This document shows, piece after piece, positions 27,031-36,515 of a DNA stretch of 64,000 bases. The stretch's first letter is position 1, and each line of letters opens with the position of its first letter. A model generated the notes under the pieces. That model had not been told where the DNA came from. It saw only the letters and a program-made list of their open reading frames with translations, and did not search any database. The stretch covers positions 1-64,000 of the forward strand of contig JBEKVV010000008.1 of NCBI GenBank assembly GCA_049513715.1, read 5' to 3'. Source of the DNA: Candidatus Bathyarchaeia archaeon (GTDB lineage: Archaea > Thermoproteota > Bathyarchaeia > 40CM-2-53-6). Position numbers and translations under genes: made by a program.

Positions 27031-28596
27031 TTACGAAGTCAAGTCCCTGCGACGTCTCATGACCGCTAGTGCCCCTAGACCTATTGTGACTCCCACAAGT
27101 ATCGATTCCCATGGGAAGCCAGGAATCGCTGGCTGTGTTGTAGTGGTTGAAGTTGTTGAGAATTGATTCCCCACGATTTGGTTGTTCTTGGGACCGCCTT
27201 GTTCGTCGATCGCGATAGAATTCTGACCGAGATAGGCGAAAGTGTTGTTCGCTATTAGAGACTGTGACGTATCTGTGAGGATGATGCCATATCTTGCGGA
27301 CCCATTGATGTAGTTGTTGCTTAGGATGACAGATCTTCCGCTTGTGACGTTTATCCCGACGGTGTAGGTTGAAGAAGCGATTCCTTCGATCCGATTCCCC
27401 GAAACCAATGTGCCATGTGGCTCTTTCAATTCCATGCCTGAGTTCACGGGCTGCGCAATCACATTGTTCAGAAGATGCGCACATGCCGTTCCTGACGCGA
27501 GGTATATGCCCGTCTTGGGTCGTTCGATATCGTTGGTGGAAATCAGGGTGCAATCAACGTTTCTGAGATATACGCCCGTAAGCCGAGCATCGAGAATGCG
27601 ATTCTTCCAAAGCACATAATCGCTTCCACCTGGCACAAATATTCCGTACCTTTGACTCTGAACAATAGTATTATTCACGATTGTGACGTTAGAAGCCGCA
27701 TCCGGTGAATAAATAGTGACCCCAGCATATCCTGGATGCTGGATGAGGTTGTCACTGATCAAAACGTCTCTGCATGGGCCGCTCCCAAGGTTCTCGAGCG
27801 CAATTCCACTTCCTCCGGCATAATTGACTACGTTTGACGTTACACTGTCGTCAGAGGTAGTGACGAGCGAGATTCCATTGTGGTTGGTCGTTCTGTTAAT
27901 GAAATTACTAGAGGCAATCATGTGAGTTCCTTTTGACAGAATTATGCCATCATCGGTGGCATTGAAGATCGTGTTATTGAGAGCGGCGTCTCCATCACCG
28001 CTCAACCGTATGCCCCCATGATCGGGATTCACAATGTAAAGACCAGATACAGTATTGTTGCGCCCCCTTACGCCTATTGTTTCGTAACTCTTTCCTTTCA
28101 CTTGATTCGTCGCGTTAATCATGAAGTTCTCAACAATCCAGTTCGCCTCATCAAACCACGCCGCCTGACCATTGAAGCTCGGCTTAAGGACAAGTTTCGT
28201 TCCCAAACCGCTTCCTTCCAGGTTGACGTTGTCATGTCCTGGGTCAAACACGAGTGTCCGGGAGACTACGTACGTGCCATTTTTGATGACGACATGACAC
28301 CCGACTGAACAGTGTCTCACTGTAGATTCAATGACATCGGCGAACACCAGTCCGTCTACTCTACTTGCATTGTTCGGTCCTCCATAGACCACGCTGTCTG
28401 TCGTGCAGTCTCTGGCGTAGTAATAGATTCCGTCGGTGGATATTACATAGTTACAGGGCACGTTTAGATTCGTTGCACTAATGTTGACTATGGTTCGCCT
28501 AGTCGGTTTTGGTAAGGCCAGGGAGGCCATCGGAGTGACGCCGGTCAGAATAACGAGAACAAGTATGACTGCCATTACTCTTCCCGAGCAAAACAT
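27031..28596 (-). CDS. Right-handed parallel beta-helix surface protein with PGF-type C-terminal sorting tail
   Basis: VIKNGTY, LEGSG, many GI.L / N.I..N repeats; tail IPGFPWESILVG...MRRRR; start trimmed to ATG 28596. Confidence 0.85.
   Translation of the reverse strand: MFCSGRVMAVILVLVILTGVTPMASLALPKPTRRTIVNISATNLNVPCNYVISTDGIYYYARDCTTDSVVYGGPNNASRVDGLVFADVIESTVRHCSVGCHVVIKNGTYVVSRTLVFDPGHDNVNLEGSGLGTKLVLKPSFNGQAAWFDEANWIVENFMINATNQVKGKSYETIGVRGRNNTVSGLYIVNPDHGGIRLSGDGDAALNNTIFNATDDGIILSKGTHMIASSNFINRTTNHNGISLVTTSDDSVTSNVVNYAGGSGIALENLGSGPCRDVLISDNLIQHPGYAGVTIYSPDAASNVTIVNNTIVQSQRYGIFVPGGSDYVLWKNRILDARLTGVYLRNVDCTLISTNDIERPKTGIYLASGTACAHLLNNVIAQPVNSGMELKEPHGTLVSGNRIEGIASSTYTVGINVTSGRSVILSNNYINGSARYGIILTDTSQSLIANNTFAYLGQNSIAIDEQGGPKNNQIVGNQFSTTSTTTTQPAIPGFPWESILVGVTIGLGALAVMRRRRDLTS
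27038..27160. repeat. 123-bp near-identical anchor cassette, copy 1 (copy 2 at 28666-28788)
   Basis: 7 mismatches counted by eye; 27090-27160 is identical to 28718-28788. Confidence 0.9.
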
Positions 28597-28601
28597 GTCT
28601 A

Positions 28602-29681
28602 TCAGCAGTGTTTTCTTGAAAAGGATGGATTTAAGGGTGGATTGAAAGGGAAGCGATACGAAGGAGTCAAGTTCTTGCGGCGTCTCATTACCGCCAGTGC
28701 TCCTAGACCTATTGTGGCTCCCACAAGTATCGATTCCCATGGGAAGCCAGGAATCGCTGGCTGTGTTGTAGTGGTTGAAGTTGTTGAGGATGATGTGGAA
28801 CTTGAAGTCTGCGGCTGTGTTTTCCATATTTCTAGGTCATCAACCCAGATTCTGTAAGGCGAAAACATGTCATTGGTACTGTAGTAGATTTTCGCTGGAG
28901 TGGTGGACCATTTTTCAGCCGAGCCCATAGTTACATTCTGAAGTCCACTTCTATCTGTAATCAACTGTCCGTCAAACCAGATTCTAAGAATACCATTAGT
29001 TGAGCTTTTCAAAACATAATACTGAACTTGGAACCATCTACCGACAGGCAAAGGAAAATTTAGGTTGTCGTAGAGCCAGTGTTCGACATTGTTAGCGTCC
29101 TGATAGGCAACTTGCAATTCGAAGTTGTGTGAAGGAGGTGTTTGAATTATGTAGATTGCTGAGTAGCTGCCTGACGATGTGAAGTACGGGTTCACAAGCT
29201 CATACCAAGAACTGCCTGAAGGCGTGTAGGTTTGCCAGTTCGCTGGCAGGTATAACCAAACAGAAACAAACGCCTGATCTCCAGTCAAAGCATTCAGATT
29301 TTCGATGTTGAACTCATCACGCCTAGACTTCGTGATGTTGAACAGCTCCATTCCGAGACAGCGTGTGCCACTGTGACAAGTAAAACCTGGCGTTTTCTTG
29401 TCTAATCCCTCCATCCACGCCGTTGCTCCCCCGGGTTGAACATAGTTTCCATACACAAGCGAATTTGGAATCCCCATGTTGAGTCCATTATCGTTATGTG
29501 GTTCAGGGTATTTCAGAGTCACATTCTCGAAGTCTGTACGATAAATTGGACTCGGCGGGCCAGCGTTGACTTGAAAAGGAGAAGCATATGCTGCTGCGAG
29601 TTGGCTAGCGAATACAACTGTGAGCATTAGGACAATTGGCACTATTCTCCGAGAAGGGAAACTCCTCTTTGGCATAGACAT
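28602..29681 (-). CDS. ConA-like/polysaccharide-lyase-like surface protein with PGF-type sorting tail
   Basis: Paralog of 25437 (VSVWLYLPANW, PVGRWF, NGILRIWFDG, IWVDDLEI) plus IPGFPWESILVG tail. Confidence 0.8.
   Translation of the reverse strand: MSMPKRSFPSRRIVPIVLMLTVVFASQLAAAYASPFQVNAGPPSPIYRTDFENVTLKYPEPHNDNGLNMGIPNSLVYGNYVQPGGATAWMEGLDKKTPGFTCHSGTRCLGMELFNITKSRRDEFNIENLNALTGDQAFVSVWLYLPANWQTYTPSGSSWYELVNPYFTSSGSYSAIYIIQTPPSHNFELQVAYQDANNVEHWLYDNLNFPLPVGRWFQVQYYVLKSSTNGILRIWFDGQLITDRSGLQNVTMGSAEKWSTTPAKIYYSTNDMFSPYRIWVDDLEIWKTQPQTSSSTSSSTTSTTTTQPAIPGFPWESILVGATIGLGALAVMRRRKNLTPSYRFPFNPPLNPSFSRKHC
28666..28788. repeat. Anchor cassette, copy 2
   Basis: See 27038-27160. Confidence 0.9.
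29359..29655. repeat. 297-bp exact direct repeat, copy 2
   Basis: See 26260-26556. Confidence 0.95.
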
Positions 29682-29705
29682 AGCTTCGTTGCTGGTGCCC
29701 CTCAA

Positions 29706-30125
29706 TCAGAACATCACATATAGGTCAGTGCTCAGTTCTTTCTCTTTGGGCGGTTCTACTAGAGGCCGCAAAGCCAGCATCATGTCATTAAGAACTGGCA
29801 TCCAATAGTCACCATCTTGTCGCGCTTTAGCCTCTAGGTCATGGAGATTCGACGACAAGTTCGTGTAGATCTGCGGATCAGATGTGGATTGCTCGTTCGT
29901 GTGCCAACCAGTGCGTCCCCTCCAATCCTTCCATTCATTTGTGTGCATTCTTAATCGCCCCCGTCTTCGCCATGCTATCGGCGTCACTATCAAGAAATAG
30001 ATGCTTGAGAGTGCTGCCGTCACCAGGCAGGAACGGATGTAGTCCACAAACCCTCGCAAGGCTACGCCTGCCGAGTGCAAGAACGACACCGTTGAAAGCA
30101 TCAGCTTCACAGTATTGACACGCAT
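29706..30125 (-). CDS. SxtJ-like membrane protein with an SxtK/DUF5989-like C-terminus
   Basis: IYFLIVTPIAWRRR...GW resembles SxtJ; DYWMPV...DLYVMF resembles the W..P...FIYTLF end of SxtK; directly downstream of the carbamoyltransferase. Confidence 0.55.
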   Translation of the reverse strand: MRVNTVKLMLSTVSFLHSAGVALRGFVDYIRSCLVTAALSSIYFLIVTPIAWRRRGRLRMHTNEWKDWRGRTGWHTNEQSTSDPQIYTNLSSNLHDLEAKARQDGDYWMPVLNDMMLALRPLVEPPKEKELSTDLYVMF

Positions 30126-30138
30126 GCGCCTTCCTAGA

Positions 30139-31959
30139 CTAGTCAAGAGCAAATTCCTCCTGCTTTTCGGTAAGCTTTGTTTGCGGCTGCTCTTTCTTGT
30201 CCAACCAGAAGCCCTCTAGGTACAAATACTCTATGTCAGTCCGCGCAAAGCAACGATAGGCATCATCGGGGGTGCAGACAATCGGCTCCCCACGAACGTT
30301 GAAGGATGTGTTGACGACAACCGCACAGCCGGTCAATGATTCAAACTGCAGAATAACTTCATGAAAGAGCGGATTCGTCTCGCGATGAACCGTCTGGATT
30401 CGAGCGGAGTAGTCCCAATGTGTCACAGCAGGAATGTCGCTACGTTTCTGGTTGACTGCTGGAAGTAAGTCGTCATCAACGATAAGAGCGCTTTCTCGTG
30501 GTAACCGGCGTGATTTACACACAGGCGCAACAAGCAGCATGTACGGGCTCGCGCGGTCCAGCTCGAAATAATCCTTCAAGCGTTCAATCAAGACAGCAGG
30601 AGCAAACGGTCGGAAAGATTCGCGAGGTTTGATCTTCAAGTTCATCACTCGCTGCATGTCTTCGCGCCGCGGATCACCCAGGATTGAACGAGAGCCCAGA
30701 GCTCGTGGTCCATATTCGATGCGTCCAGAGAAGAAGCCAACAACATGCCCATCAGCTAAGGCTCTGGCTACTGTGATTGCGCGTTCATCCTTTTTCAAGT
30801 GCCTGTAGGACAGCCTTTCTCTTTGGAGAAACGCCTCAACTTCAGGTTCGGAAAAGGCAGGTCCAAGATAGCTACCTTTCTGCTTATCAAACCCATCCGA
30901 CGGCGTCCTCTTTACGCTGTGGTGGCCGAACTGAACAGCCAGCGCAGCGCCCAAAGCTCCGCCAGCGTCACCTGCTGCAGGCTGAATCCAGATATCCTCA
31001 AATGGGCTTTCGCGTAGGATGCGACCATTTGCGACACAGTTCAGGGCGACGCCTCCAGCTAAGCATAAGAATCTCTTGCGCGTTTCCTTGTGAATGTAAC
31101 AAGCCATTTTGAGCATCGCCTCTTCCGTAAACGCTTGGATTGAGGCCGCTAGGTCCATTTCCCTACGCGTGATGCGTGACTCAGGAAGGCGACGATGTCC
31201 GCCAAAGAGTTCGTCAAATTTCGGTGAGGTCATCTCGAGCCTGTCTAGAAAACCGAAATATTCTAGGTTAAGAGCCACGGAACCGTCTTCGTGGATTGTC
31301 GCAATCTGCTCTTTTATGTCGTTCAGGTATCTGGGCTGACCATAGGGAGCCAGCCCCATCAGCTTGTATTCTCCTGAATTTACCTTGAAGCCGCAGAAGT
31401 ATGTGATGGCTGAATACAGGAGCCCAAGCGAGTCTGGAAAGTGCATTTCCTTCAGGATGCGCACTTCCTCTCCTACACCGACACCGAAGGAGGCGGTGGC
31501 CCATTCTCCAACACCGTCAACTGTCAGGATTGCCGCGTCGTCATAAGGGGAAGGATAGAATGCGCTGGCGGCATGGGCAAGATGGTGCGGTGTGAACAGG
31601 ACAGGTCCTTCGTAGCCAAGCGATTCCCGAATGATCTTGGGAATGCGCAATTTCTGTGCGATCCACCTCGGCATGGAGGTTGACCAAGATTTGGAGCCAT
31701 GATGGGCAACGGCAAGATAGGATTTCAGGAGACGATCGTATGTCAGGACCGGCTTGTCATAGAATACCACCGAATCCAAATCGCAAGGAAGAATTTCCCC
31801 TTCCTCGAGACAGTATAGGATAGCATTGGTCGGGAAGGATGCGTCGAATTTCCTGCGTGTGAAACGTTCTTCCTGAGCCGCGGCGATGATCTCTCCGTCC
31901 CGCACAAGGGCGGCTGCTGCATCGTGGTAGAAACAGGAGATCCCAAGAGTGGCAGGCAT
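30139..31959 (-). CDS. O-carbamoyltransferase (NodU/CmcH/SxtI family)
   Basis: YHDAAA, QEERFTR, HHLAHAASAF, DGVGE, GEYKLMGLAPYG, AGGVALNC, GPRALGSRS, NTSFN. Confidence 0.96.
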   Translation of the reverse strand: MPATLGISCFYHDAAAALVRDGEIIAAAQEERFTRRKFDASFPTNAILYCLEEGEILPCDLDSVVFYDKPVLTYDRLLKSYLAVAHHGSKSWSTSMPRWIAQKLRIPKIIRESLGYEGPVLFTPHHLAHAASAFYPSPYDDAAILTVDGVGEWATASFGVGVGEEVRILKEMHFPDSLGLLYSAITYFCGFKVNSGEYKLMGLAPYGQPRYLNDIKEQIATIHEDGSVALNLEYFGFLDRLEMTSPKFDELFGGHRRLPESRITRREMDLAASIQAFTEEAMLKMACYIHKETRKRFLCLAGGVALNCVANGRILRESPFEDIWIQPAAGDAGGALGAALAVQFGHHSVKRTPSDGFDKQKGSYLGPAFSEPEVEAFLQRERLSYRHLKKDERAITVARALADGHVVGFFSGRIEYGPRALGSRSILGDPRREDMQRVMNLKIKPRESFRPFAPAVLIERLKDYFELDRASPYMLLVAPVCKSRRLPRESALIVDDDLLPAVNQKRSDIPAVTHWDYSARIQTVHRETNPLFHEVILQFESLTGCAVVVNTSFNVRGEPIVCTPDDAYRCFARTDIEYLYLEGFWLDKKEQPQTKLTEKQEEFALD

Positions 31960-31981
31960 TCGACAAAGCCTCCAGCGCTTT

Positions 31982-33022
31982 TTAGCGCAGCATCGCCGGA
32001 CAATGTTCTTCTAAGGCGTCAGTGAGAGCCTCGGCCACAACTCTATGACCGAGGGAGGTATAGTGTACGTCATCGGCAAAAACGCACTCTATGCGTTTCT
32101 TGCGTGGCAATTGTTTGAAATATGGCAAGACATCTACGACGAAACAATCCTTTGCGGGATCGTGCAGTTTCGCATACCGAACCAAATAGAGCGGTTTCAG
32201 GTCCCTGACGAAGTGACGATTGCTTGGCAGAGGAACAATGAATGTCGGTTTCCCGCCAACCTGTCTAATGAACCGTTCGATAATCGCGCGCATCAACTGC
32301 CAAGACGGACTGTCTTCGGATTCAAAGCTTTCTTGAGCATCCCCCATCAAAGCACGAGAAACCATACTGCTTACCGCACTCCGGCGCATCCACCGTGGAA
32401 TCAGCGGATAAATCTTTTCATATACGAGAGCCCTTTCGCTTGCTGCTCCAAGTCGGCTTGAGGTCTCTTTCTCCGAAATGATCTCCTTTGGAACCGGTTG
32501 GTTGTGCAAAATCAAATCGCCATCATCAAGTGTGAAGTATGGCTTATGACGAAAGAAGACGTCGACGACGTTGATACCGCCAACACGCGTTCGAGAACCG
32601 AACTGGCAAACGTCGGTGACTATTCGCTGAATGTCAGAAAAGTATGGAGCGAGGATATACGCGTCTGCCTCAAATTCTTTTGCGAATGTCTCGTATATCA
32701 GCAGCTGCTGGTCTGTTCCGCTTCCTGAAAGAGCAAAGTTCATCACGTCCAAGTTGGGATGAGACTGTTCCAGAATATCAGAAAAACGATCCCGATTTGT
32801 CACACCATGACCAGCAGTATAGGAATCGCCGAATAATGCTATTCGACGCCGACCGATTGGGCTCTTTAAAGGATATTCCTTGTCAGCGCGCATCCCAATT
32901 GAATTGGTCCGGTGAAGGTACATGCGACGCCCCTCATGAAGAATCATTGCTTTCAGATTAGGAACGAACCACCAACCGATCACTGGATGGTAGGCTGCTA
33001 GCCGTCTTTCCCAAATCGGCAA
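31982..33022 (-). CDS. SGNH/GDSL hydrolase-family protein
   Basis: FGDSYTAG, NFALSGSGTDQQ, DDVHYTSLGH. Confidence 0.85.
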   Translation of the reverse strand: MPIWERRLAAYHPVIGWWFVPNLKAMILHEGRRMYLHRTNSIGMRADKEYPLKSPIGRRRIALFGDSYTAGHGVTNRDRFSDILEQSHPNLDVMNFALSGSGTDQQLLIYETFAKEFEADAYILAPYFSDIQRIVTDVCQFGSRTRVGGINVVDVFFRHKPYFTLDDGDLILHNQPVPKEIISEKETSSRLGAASERALVYEKIYPLIPRWMRRSAVSSMVSRALMGDAQESFESEDSPSWQLMRAIIERFIRQVGGKPTFIVPLPSNRHFVRDLKPLYLVRYAKLHDPAKDCFVVDVLPYFKQLPRKKRIECVFADDVHYTSLGHRVVAEALTDALEEHCPAMLR

Positions 33023-33343
33023 ATTTGTTCTCCTAAGACAAGTTGTGCGGGGTTCGCTTACCTTATATTCATTATGATCTCAGAGAATTGCTTATGGTCT
33101 TTTTCCTAGCTATGCAAGAACGCTCCAGTCTAGACGATCATCATCACCAGTCGGATAGGCTTCCCTCAGGCAGCAATTGCGGTCAGCATATTCCGCGCTG
33201 AAGTTGATGAGCCGATTTTCTATGGAACATGACCCACGCGCTCGGTATGAAGGTTTTCGAGTGGGAGCCATAGGAGCAATAGGGCTGGCGAGCACCCGGC
33301 TCGGTATTATTGACATTGAAGGGGCGGCCTATCTCTTTCTTTC

Positions 33344-35248
33344 CTACGCTGGCCATTTGGGAGCATTTATCGCGGTTATGAAGGCGTTTGCCGAGGGGTC
33401 ATAATTCAGAAAAGCCCTAGTGTTGGTTCCCGAGTCGCGTATGTCGCCTTCTTCGAAATTGTTTTCGGTGAGAATATTGTTAACGCAATCCGAGCTGTGG
33501 ATATTAACGCAGCCACCTGAGTTATTGTAGGTTCCGTTTGAGGATATCTTGTTATAATTGCAGTTCGTGTCAAGGTAGATTCCGATGCCTGCGTTTGAGT
33601 CTATGACGTTTCCGCTAATTAGATTCCGTGACGCGTCCGAGTAGAGGTATATTCCGTAGGAGCTACCGTTCTGTATATTGTTGCCAGTGATGCAGTTGTC
33701 TCGTGCATTGTAGACGTAGATTTGGGCAAGGGTTGAGCGGTAAATCTTATTTCCTACTATGTTCTGCCCTGAATTCTTAACGTAGATGCCGTATGTTGCG
33801 TTAGCATAAATCAAATTTCCAGACACGTTGCACTGAAGTCCACTCAACTCTATTCCTGCTTGAGTGTTTGAGTAGACAGTATTACCGGAGATTTCAACGT
33901 GAGGGCTAAGTATCATAATCCCGTCTCGCGAGTTGTTGTGGCAGTAATTTCCTGTGACTGTGATACGGTCGCAGTTCGTATAGACGTAAACGCCATCAAT
34001 AGCGTTGCTGTAGAAAACGTTGTGGCTGATTATGGAGTCTGTGACGGTGTTGATGTAGACGCCGGAGCCGCTTGCCGAACTGTAACAAATGTTTCCCTCA
34101 ATGATATGATAGGCACTTGTGGCGTCCCTTGCTAGGATGTTTGCGTCCACATTGCTCCAAGCCACGTTTCCCTTAACTCGACATGCACTGCTGCTCTGCA
34201 GAACGATGCCGCACGAAGCCGCCCCCGTCACAAAACAGTTCTGAACGATACAGTAACTGGACGCTGTGATGAATATTCCGCACTGGTTCGTCCAAGTTCC
34301 TTGAAAGGTGTTGTTCGCCGTGTTGCCGTTAATGTAGAGGTCCCTGATTTCCACGTAATTATAGGTGTTCACGGTGATGGCGTTGATGTATGTTGATTTA
34401 GGAATGAGCAGCCGAGTGGATTGCCCTTCACCTTGAATTATGGTTGAAGGTTGCGCAACAGCTAACGCGGCGGTTAGAGAATAAGACCCTGCCCTAATGA
34501 ACACTAGACCGCCGGTTGTCGGGAGAGCAGACAAAGTTTTGTTTATGACGGTAGCGGCATCTATCTCTGAATACTCAACTGCCCCCGTTATGCCGTTGAG
34601 TGACTTGATTGTTGTTCGGTCGATGAATATGATGCTGGTCGCTGGTTTCAGACCTAGGAGAGAACGGTCACCACTGGTATATGCTAGGTTTTCAATCGCT
34701 TCGCCGCCAAGGAACACTCCGGCTGCCCCGGCTCCGATCCCGATTGCCCACTTGAGAAACTTGCGAAAGTTCCTGTCGACAGGCTTCTTGTCAGATGCTT
34801 TTGCCACCAACCCGACCGCGAAGAGCATCCACTTGACTTCGGGTTGGCCAAGCGCCATCCCCAAGATCAACGCGAAAAATGGTGCGACGACTCTTATCCA
34901 GATAGGAATCTGAATCATTGCGCGCGTCAAGCAACGTGGCTTCCCATGAACCAACTTCCCGTTTACCGTGTTCGTCGCTCCCCGCTTGCGGCAGATTTGA
35001 CAATGGCCGCTGGCGGCAATATTCTCATCACTGTGTGTGCCGTGATGACCCCATCTCGAATGGAAAACGTATCTCGATTCGATTAGGAAGCTTCTCAACC
35101 TTGAAAGTGAGGATGGTCTCGCCTTCATCTCGTGGTGGAGATCGTATTCCTTACCACATTTCGTACAAGCATAGAGTTTAGGAGCCCAAGGTCGTCTGTT
35201 GATGTGATGAAGCCTCACAATGGCATTGCAGCATGGACTACATCGCAT
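33344..35248 (-). CDS. Parallel beta-helix (pectate lyase/tailspike-like) protein; N-terminal Cys/His and TM extension, start uncertain (alternative GTG 34807)
   Basis: GGLVFIRAGSY, IQGEG, many GN.I..N...GI.. repeats; Tat-like DRNFRKFLKWAIG. Confidence 0.8.
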   Translation of the reverse strand: MRCSPCCNAIVRLHHINRRPWAPKLYACTKCGKEYDLHHEMKARPSSLSRLRSFLIESRYVFHSRWGHHGTHSDENIAASGHCQICRKRGATNTVNGKLVHGKPRCLTRAMIQIPIWIRVVAPFFALILGMALGQPEVKWMLFAVGLVAKASDKKPVDRNFRKFLKWAIGIGAGAAGVFLGGEAIENLAYTSGDRSLLGLKPATSIIFIDRTTIKSLNGITGAVEYSEIDAATVINKTLSALPTTGGLVFIRAGSYSLTAALAVAQPSTIIQGEGQSTRLLIPKSTYINAITVNTYNYVEIRDLYINGNTANNTFQGTWTNQCGIFITASSYCIVQNCFVTGAASCGIVLQSSSACRVKGNVAWSNVDANILARDATSAYHIIEGNICYSSASGSGVYINTVTDSIISHNVFYSNAIDGVYVYTNCDRITVTGNYCHNNSRDGIMILSPHVEISGNTVYSNTQAGIELSGLQCNVSGNLIYANATYGIYVKNSGQNIVGNKIYRSTLAQIYVYNARDNCITGNNIQNGSSYGIYLYSDASRNLISGNVIDSNAGIGIYLDTNCNYNKISSNGTYNNSGGCVNIHSSDCVNNILTENNFEEGDIRDSGTNTRAFLNYDPSANAFITAINAPKWPA

Positions 35249-35288
35249 CTTCTAAGATGACTCCTTCATGCTGGCTTGTCCCATGGCT

Positions 35289-36515
35289 CTAGTCCACTCG
35301 CGGAACGATGCCGCTCAGCGCATCTCGCGCCCGCCGACTCGCAAAACTGTATAGGGACCTTACCGTCGTTTCGAACCACGCCTTCGTGCCAACCCTCCTA
35401 CGCAGGCGCAGTAGCCATTTTGTATCACACACCCGTAGGCAGCCCTCCATTTCCGTACCAAGCAAAAGCTGCTCGCTTTTGCTGCTTTCGCACAAGGCCA
35501 TCCTGGAAAAGGTTCGTAGACCTGTGAGACGGGTGAGGTCGACGTAATACAGATCGCTCTCGGCTCCATAGAGCAGAAGTGCGGATCTCCCGAGGGTCGA
35601 AGAGACACCTATGAATGATAGAAACCTGTTATCAATTATCGTGGGATATCTTAAAGCAAATCCCCTTATGGGCATGCTGATGCGCTTGATCTCCAAACTC
35701 TCGCCATCGAATCTTGCAGCGTAGAAGCCATTATCGGATGAAACTACAATCGTACTCGAATTCTTCCAAGTCAGCAGCGAGATATTTCTTGCAGGGGATG
35801 CCAGCAAGTACGTTTTCCGTATGCTATACGTTCCCGAGGGTTCCTCCTTGAGCACGTGAATTTCACCTGAGTCTCTGCTGGTTATAATCACCATGTCATT
35901 CATGGCTATACCGTCGTATATCGCGGATGCCTCTTCGCTAGTGAAAACAGAGCGCCAAGTCTTCCCTCTGTCACTCGATTTGAGGAGGACGCCTGAGTCA
36001 GGTACGACTCGTATCTTCCCCCGCCTTCCTCCACCACCCTTCCCTACTCCCAAGAACAACTCGTCCGGTCTACTAGTATTGCGGAAAAAATGACTCGCAT
36101 ACGTGTACATGTGATTGGAGTATCTGATCTCGGGTTTCGGATCTGCAACATTACATGAGACGATGGCCAATCCCAAGAACCCATCTGTATAGAATTTGGT
36201 GCTCCACATTGGAACGAAAATTTCCTCCTCGTAGAGCAGCGGTTGTCCCGTCGTATCCAATCCTTCTGCCGACAGAGTGTTCAAATCAGCTAGCAAAGCA
36301 TATTCCCTTCCCTCATTTGATAGCTCGTAAAGGCCAGCTTTACCTTCGGCCCACGGCCTTGCTTTTCCGACTGTGAAACCTGCGAAAGCTCGCCCACCTT
36401 GTGTTCTCATAGGCCATACTCGAAGGTATTCCGAAAACCTGTGTCCTATCATTCCCGCATTATCCTTCAGACGGTCGTTACTGGACACGTCTCTTGCTTC
36501 CTTTGACGATTTCAT
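35289..36515 (-). CDS. Hypothetical protein with an Asp-box (BNR/sialidase-like propeller)
   Basis: KSSDRGKTW Asp-box; beta-rich composition. Confidence 0.55.
   Translation of the reverse strand: MKSSKEARDVSSNDRLKDNAGMIGHRFSEYLRVWPMRTQGGRAFAGFTVGKARPWAEGKAGLYELSNEGREYALLADLNTLSAEGLDTTGQPLLYEEEIFVPMWSTKFYTDGFLGLAIVSCNVADPKPEIRYSNHMYTYASHFFRNTSRPDELFLGVGKGGGGRRGKIRVVPDSGVLLKSSDRGKTWRSVFTSEEASAIYDGIAMNDMVIITSRDSGEIHVLKEEPSGTYSIRKTYLLASPARNISLLTWKNSSTIVVSSDNGFYAARFDGESLEIKRISMPIRGFALRYPTIIDNRFLSFIGVSSTLGRSALLLYGAESDLYYVDLTRLTGLRTFSRMALCESSKSEQLLLGTEMEGCLRVCDTKWLLRLRRRVGTKAWFETTVRSLYSFASRRARDALSGIVPRVD

Noticed and set aside
28597..28827. N-terminal extension of the 598-aa beta-helix ORF, and the similar ORF 27017-27553
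   Set aside because: Off-frame readings of the duplicated anchor cassette; the signal peptide starts at 28596 or 28575.
29706..33022. Saxitoxin biosynthesis
   Set aside because: No sxtA, sxtG or other core genes; the cassette is widespread and sits here in a glycan context.
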